From NCBI GenBank assembly GCA_031266915.1, contig JAISAB010000007.1:908-64907 (forward strand): 64,000 nucleotides of DNA, in the 5' to 3' direction. This DNA comes from Rickettsiales bacterium (GTDB lineage Bacteria; Pseudomonadota; Alphaproteobacteria; Rs-D84). A model generated the notes under the pieces. That model was not told the DNA's origin and did no database searches. It saw only the letters and a program-made list of their open reading frames with translations. Below, piece after piece: positions 61,825 to 64,000 of this stretch (its first letter is position 1; the number at the start of each line of letters is the position of its first letter). The position numbers and the translations under genes were made by a program.

Positions 61825-62055
61825 CAATTAATAAAGAATAAAGAGTAAAGAATAGAGAATAAATGATGTACTCGGTCTAAGTTCTCCTCCTGTGGAGGAG
61901 TACGGTCGAAGACCGGGAGGTGGTTAGAGAAATTACGGCTGCGTCGCACTTACTTTATGACTGGATTGCTTCGCTGCGCTCGCAATGACACAGTGGTGGG
62001 TATTGGGTATCAGGTACATCATACATTATCCATCTCCATTAATTGTTGACTGGTT

Positions 62056-63255
62056 TTACTTAACCCGGCCGCGGACATCGACCAGCATTTCCGGAAATAG
62101 ATGACCCTGACCATTGTTGTCTTTCAGATAACGCGCCAGTATTTCCAGTTGTTCTTTTTTCTTTAATTCTTCTTTCTTGCCCAGCATTACTTGTTTGTAC
62201 ATGCATACTGATTCCGATTCGCATGCGTCGCAGTCATAGAATTCGACGCCCAATTTCCGACCGTCGTTCAGCATGCGTGCCAATGTGCCGATATTCGTAA
62301 AAACGTCTTTGGACGGCGTGGTCGGCATCGGTTTCTTTTTGCTGATGTTTCCCTTTTTGGTCGTCGTATATTTTGGCGGGTTGTCCAATGTTTTCTTGAT
62401 GCCGTCGGCATTGGCCTTGAATACGCAGACAATCGTCTTGTACGGCAAATATATATCGTCAGGCTTGCATTTGCACACTTTCGTGACGATGTCGATTAAT
62501 ATTTTGGCAATGGTTTTTATCAGCGTTTTGCTCTTTTCCCAGTCTTTTTCATATGCGTCCTTGTATGAGACCACATCCAGAAACGTACCGTTGCCGGTCG
62601 CGATATTCCGCACAAAAAATTTCTTTTTCGGGTTGTATTCAAGACGCCAAACGCCGTTTTCTTTAACCTTGTATCCGTACGCTACTTCGATTTTCCAAGG
62701 GTCCTGGCGCGGGATTTTAAAGTCCTCGGATTTCAGCAGATTCAACCGGCGATAGCCCGGCTTGTACAATAACTTTTCGCCGGTGAATTTGAAATAAGAA
62801 ACGATTTCCCTACTGTCCTTGTCGGTATACCAAGGCTGCAGATTCATCCCTTCGAAAATGTTTTTGCCCTGGTAAAAGAATTCGGGGGTTAGAAGGGTTT
62901 GTCTGTATTCTTCGTCGAAATACTGATAGCTGACGGTCGAATCATACGGATGCAGAACGCTGAAATCATCTTCTCCATACATTAAATACTTTTTCCCGTC
63001 ATCGGCGCTTTTAAACAGAACGATATTTTCTTCTGGGAACCAACCATCATGGTGCATGTAATACGTGCCTTTGAACAGCGGCGCCAGCCTTTTGTTGCGC
63101 AGCACATTGACGCCGTTTATCATGCAGGCCTTTTTCGGGTCGTCGGGCATGAACATATCGGCACATTCGTCCGGCGTCGGAATGTTCCGGCCATCCCCGA
63201 AATAGATTTCCCGGAATGTTTTGTCGTCCAATTGTCCAAAATCTGTGTTGTCCAT
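62056..63255 (-). CDS. Hypothetical protein
   Basis: About 400-aa ORF with a C-terminal CDAC...C cluster; no family recognised. Confidence 0.65.
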   Translation of the reverse strand: MDNTDFGQLDDKTFREIYFGDGRNIPTPDECADMFMPDDPKKACMINGVNVLRNKRLAPLFKGTYYMHHDGWFPEENIVLFKSADDGKKYLMYGEDDFSVLHPYDSTVSYQYFDEEYRQTLLTPEFFYQGKNIFEGMNLQPWYTDKDSREIVSYFKFTGEKLLYKPGYRRLNLLKSEDFKIPRQDPWKIEVAYGYKVKENGVWRLEYNPKKKFFVRNIATGNGTFLDVVSYKDAYEKDWEKSKTLIKTIAKILIDIVTKVCKCKPDDIYLPYKTIVCVFKANADGIKKTLDNPPKYTTTKKGNISKKKPMPTTPSKDVFTNIGTLARMLNDGRKLGVEFYDCDACESESVCMYKQVMLGKKEELKKKEQLEILARYLKDNNGQGHLFPEMLVDVRGRVK

Positions 63256-63380
63256 GGCTTCGCCCAATAGGTGTTTTTATAGATACTAAAATATTTTGTG
63301 TCAATTTGCAAATTTATTTCGACGGTCTTGAAATATTGAAAAAAGCGTGTAAAATAACATGGAAAAAAGGAGTCGATAAA

Positions 63381-63908
63381 ATGGCATGGTTCGGCAGAAG
63401 CAAAAAAACAGAAGAAAACGCGAATGCGGCGAAGCTTGAAAAAGACGCCGCCGAAATGGAAAAAAAGATGCCGGCCGGCATGAAGGAAACCGCCGCCCGC
63501 ATGATGTCTGGCCAATTCGACATGAACGATATGCTGGCCCAGCTGAAACAGATTAAAAAGATGAGCGGTTTCAGCGGACTGCTGAAAATGGTTCCAGGCA
63601 TGGGAGCCGCGGTCGGCGCCATGAAAGAAAAAATCAAAGACGGCAGCATTGACGCCCAGATTAAAATCCTGGACGCGATGACAGCCGAAGAACGCGCGGA
63701 ACCGGACAAGATTTTCGCAAACGCCAAGACGCGCATTGCGGAACACAGCGGCGCCGCCGTCCGCGACGTCGAACATCTGATTAAGCAATACCAGAACATG
63801 AAACGCCAGATGGCCATGGTCCAGCGCATGGGCGGAATGGACGCTATGATGGAAAAAATGCAGGGCGCAAAACCCGGCGGCGGCAACGCGCCCGTCGTCA
63901 AAAAATAA
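63381..63908 (+). CDS. Standalone SRP54/Ffh M-domain-like protein
   Basis: GQFDMNDMLAQLKQIKKM...LLKMVPGM...ILDAMTAEER..P...RIAEHSG; own AAGGAG RBS; no NG GTPase domain. Confidence 0.85.
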   Translation: MAWFGRSKKTEENANAAKLEKDAAEMEKKMPAGMKETAARMMSGQFDMNDMLAQLKQIKKMSGFSGLLKMVPGMGAAVGAMKEKIKDGSIDAQIKILDAMTAEERAEPDKIFANAKTRIAEHSGAAVRDVEHLIKQYQNMKRQMAMVQRMGGMDAMMEKMQGAKPGGGNAPVVKK

Positions 63909-64000
63909 AACCAAAGACCGCGATTATGAATTACAAAAAGATTATCAAATTTATTCTGCCGAAGAGAATTCTTAGAATATCCCAGCCTGAGATAAATGAT

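Overview
Bacterial chromosomal window, most likely from an uncultured anaerobic Alphaproteobacterium (inference from CarD, CtpA/EnvC, LptBC, RodZ, nifJ-type PFOR and many Cys-rich secreted proteins). The housekeeping backbone is rpsB, tsf, tyrS, envC, ctpA, nifJ, bamE, carD, ssb, eno, lptBC, rho, dusB, rodZ and uvrA, plus three tRNAs. Surface proteins (autotransporter, YadA-like, OmpA-like) and many palindromic and heptamer repeats are interspersed. The main discovery is a diversity-generating retroelement (DGR) between two tRNA-Pro genes. Its 130-bp template repeat (50415-50544, minus) matches a variable repeat (47460-47589, plus) with 16 mismatches, all at template adenines. It has a DGR-type reverse transcriptase, a beta-rich accessory gene that does not look like Avd, and a secreted target whose variable region is a CAxxCAxxCA Cys scaffold with no recognisable C-type-lectin or Ig motif. 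Target and TR-accessory-RT cassette are convergent, separated by a DUF559 gene inside long inverted repeats. The target lies behind a promoter and an attenuator-like leader whose architecture recurs five times in the window. Other oddities: heptamer repeats inserted in frame in core enzymes, an Mrr_N-IbrA-IbrB operon, muramidase/partner gene pairs, an orphan spanin-like pair, and a standalone SRP M domain. All family calls are from motif recognition by eye; no database searches were run.
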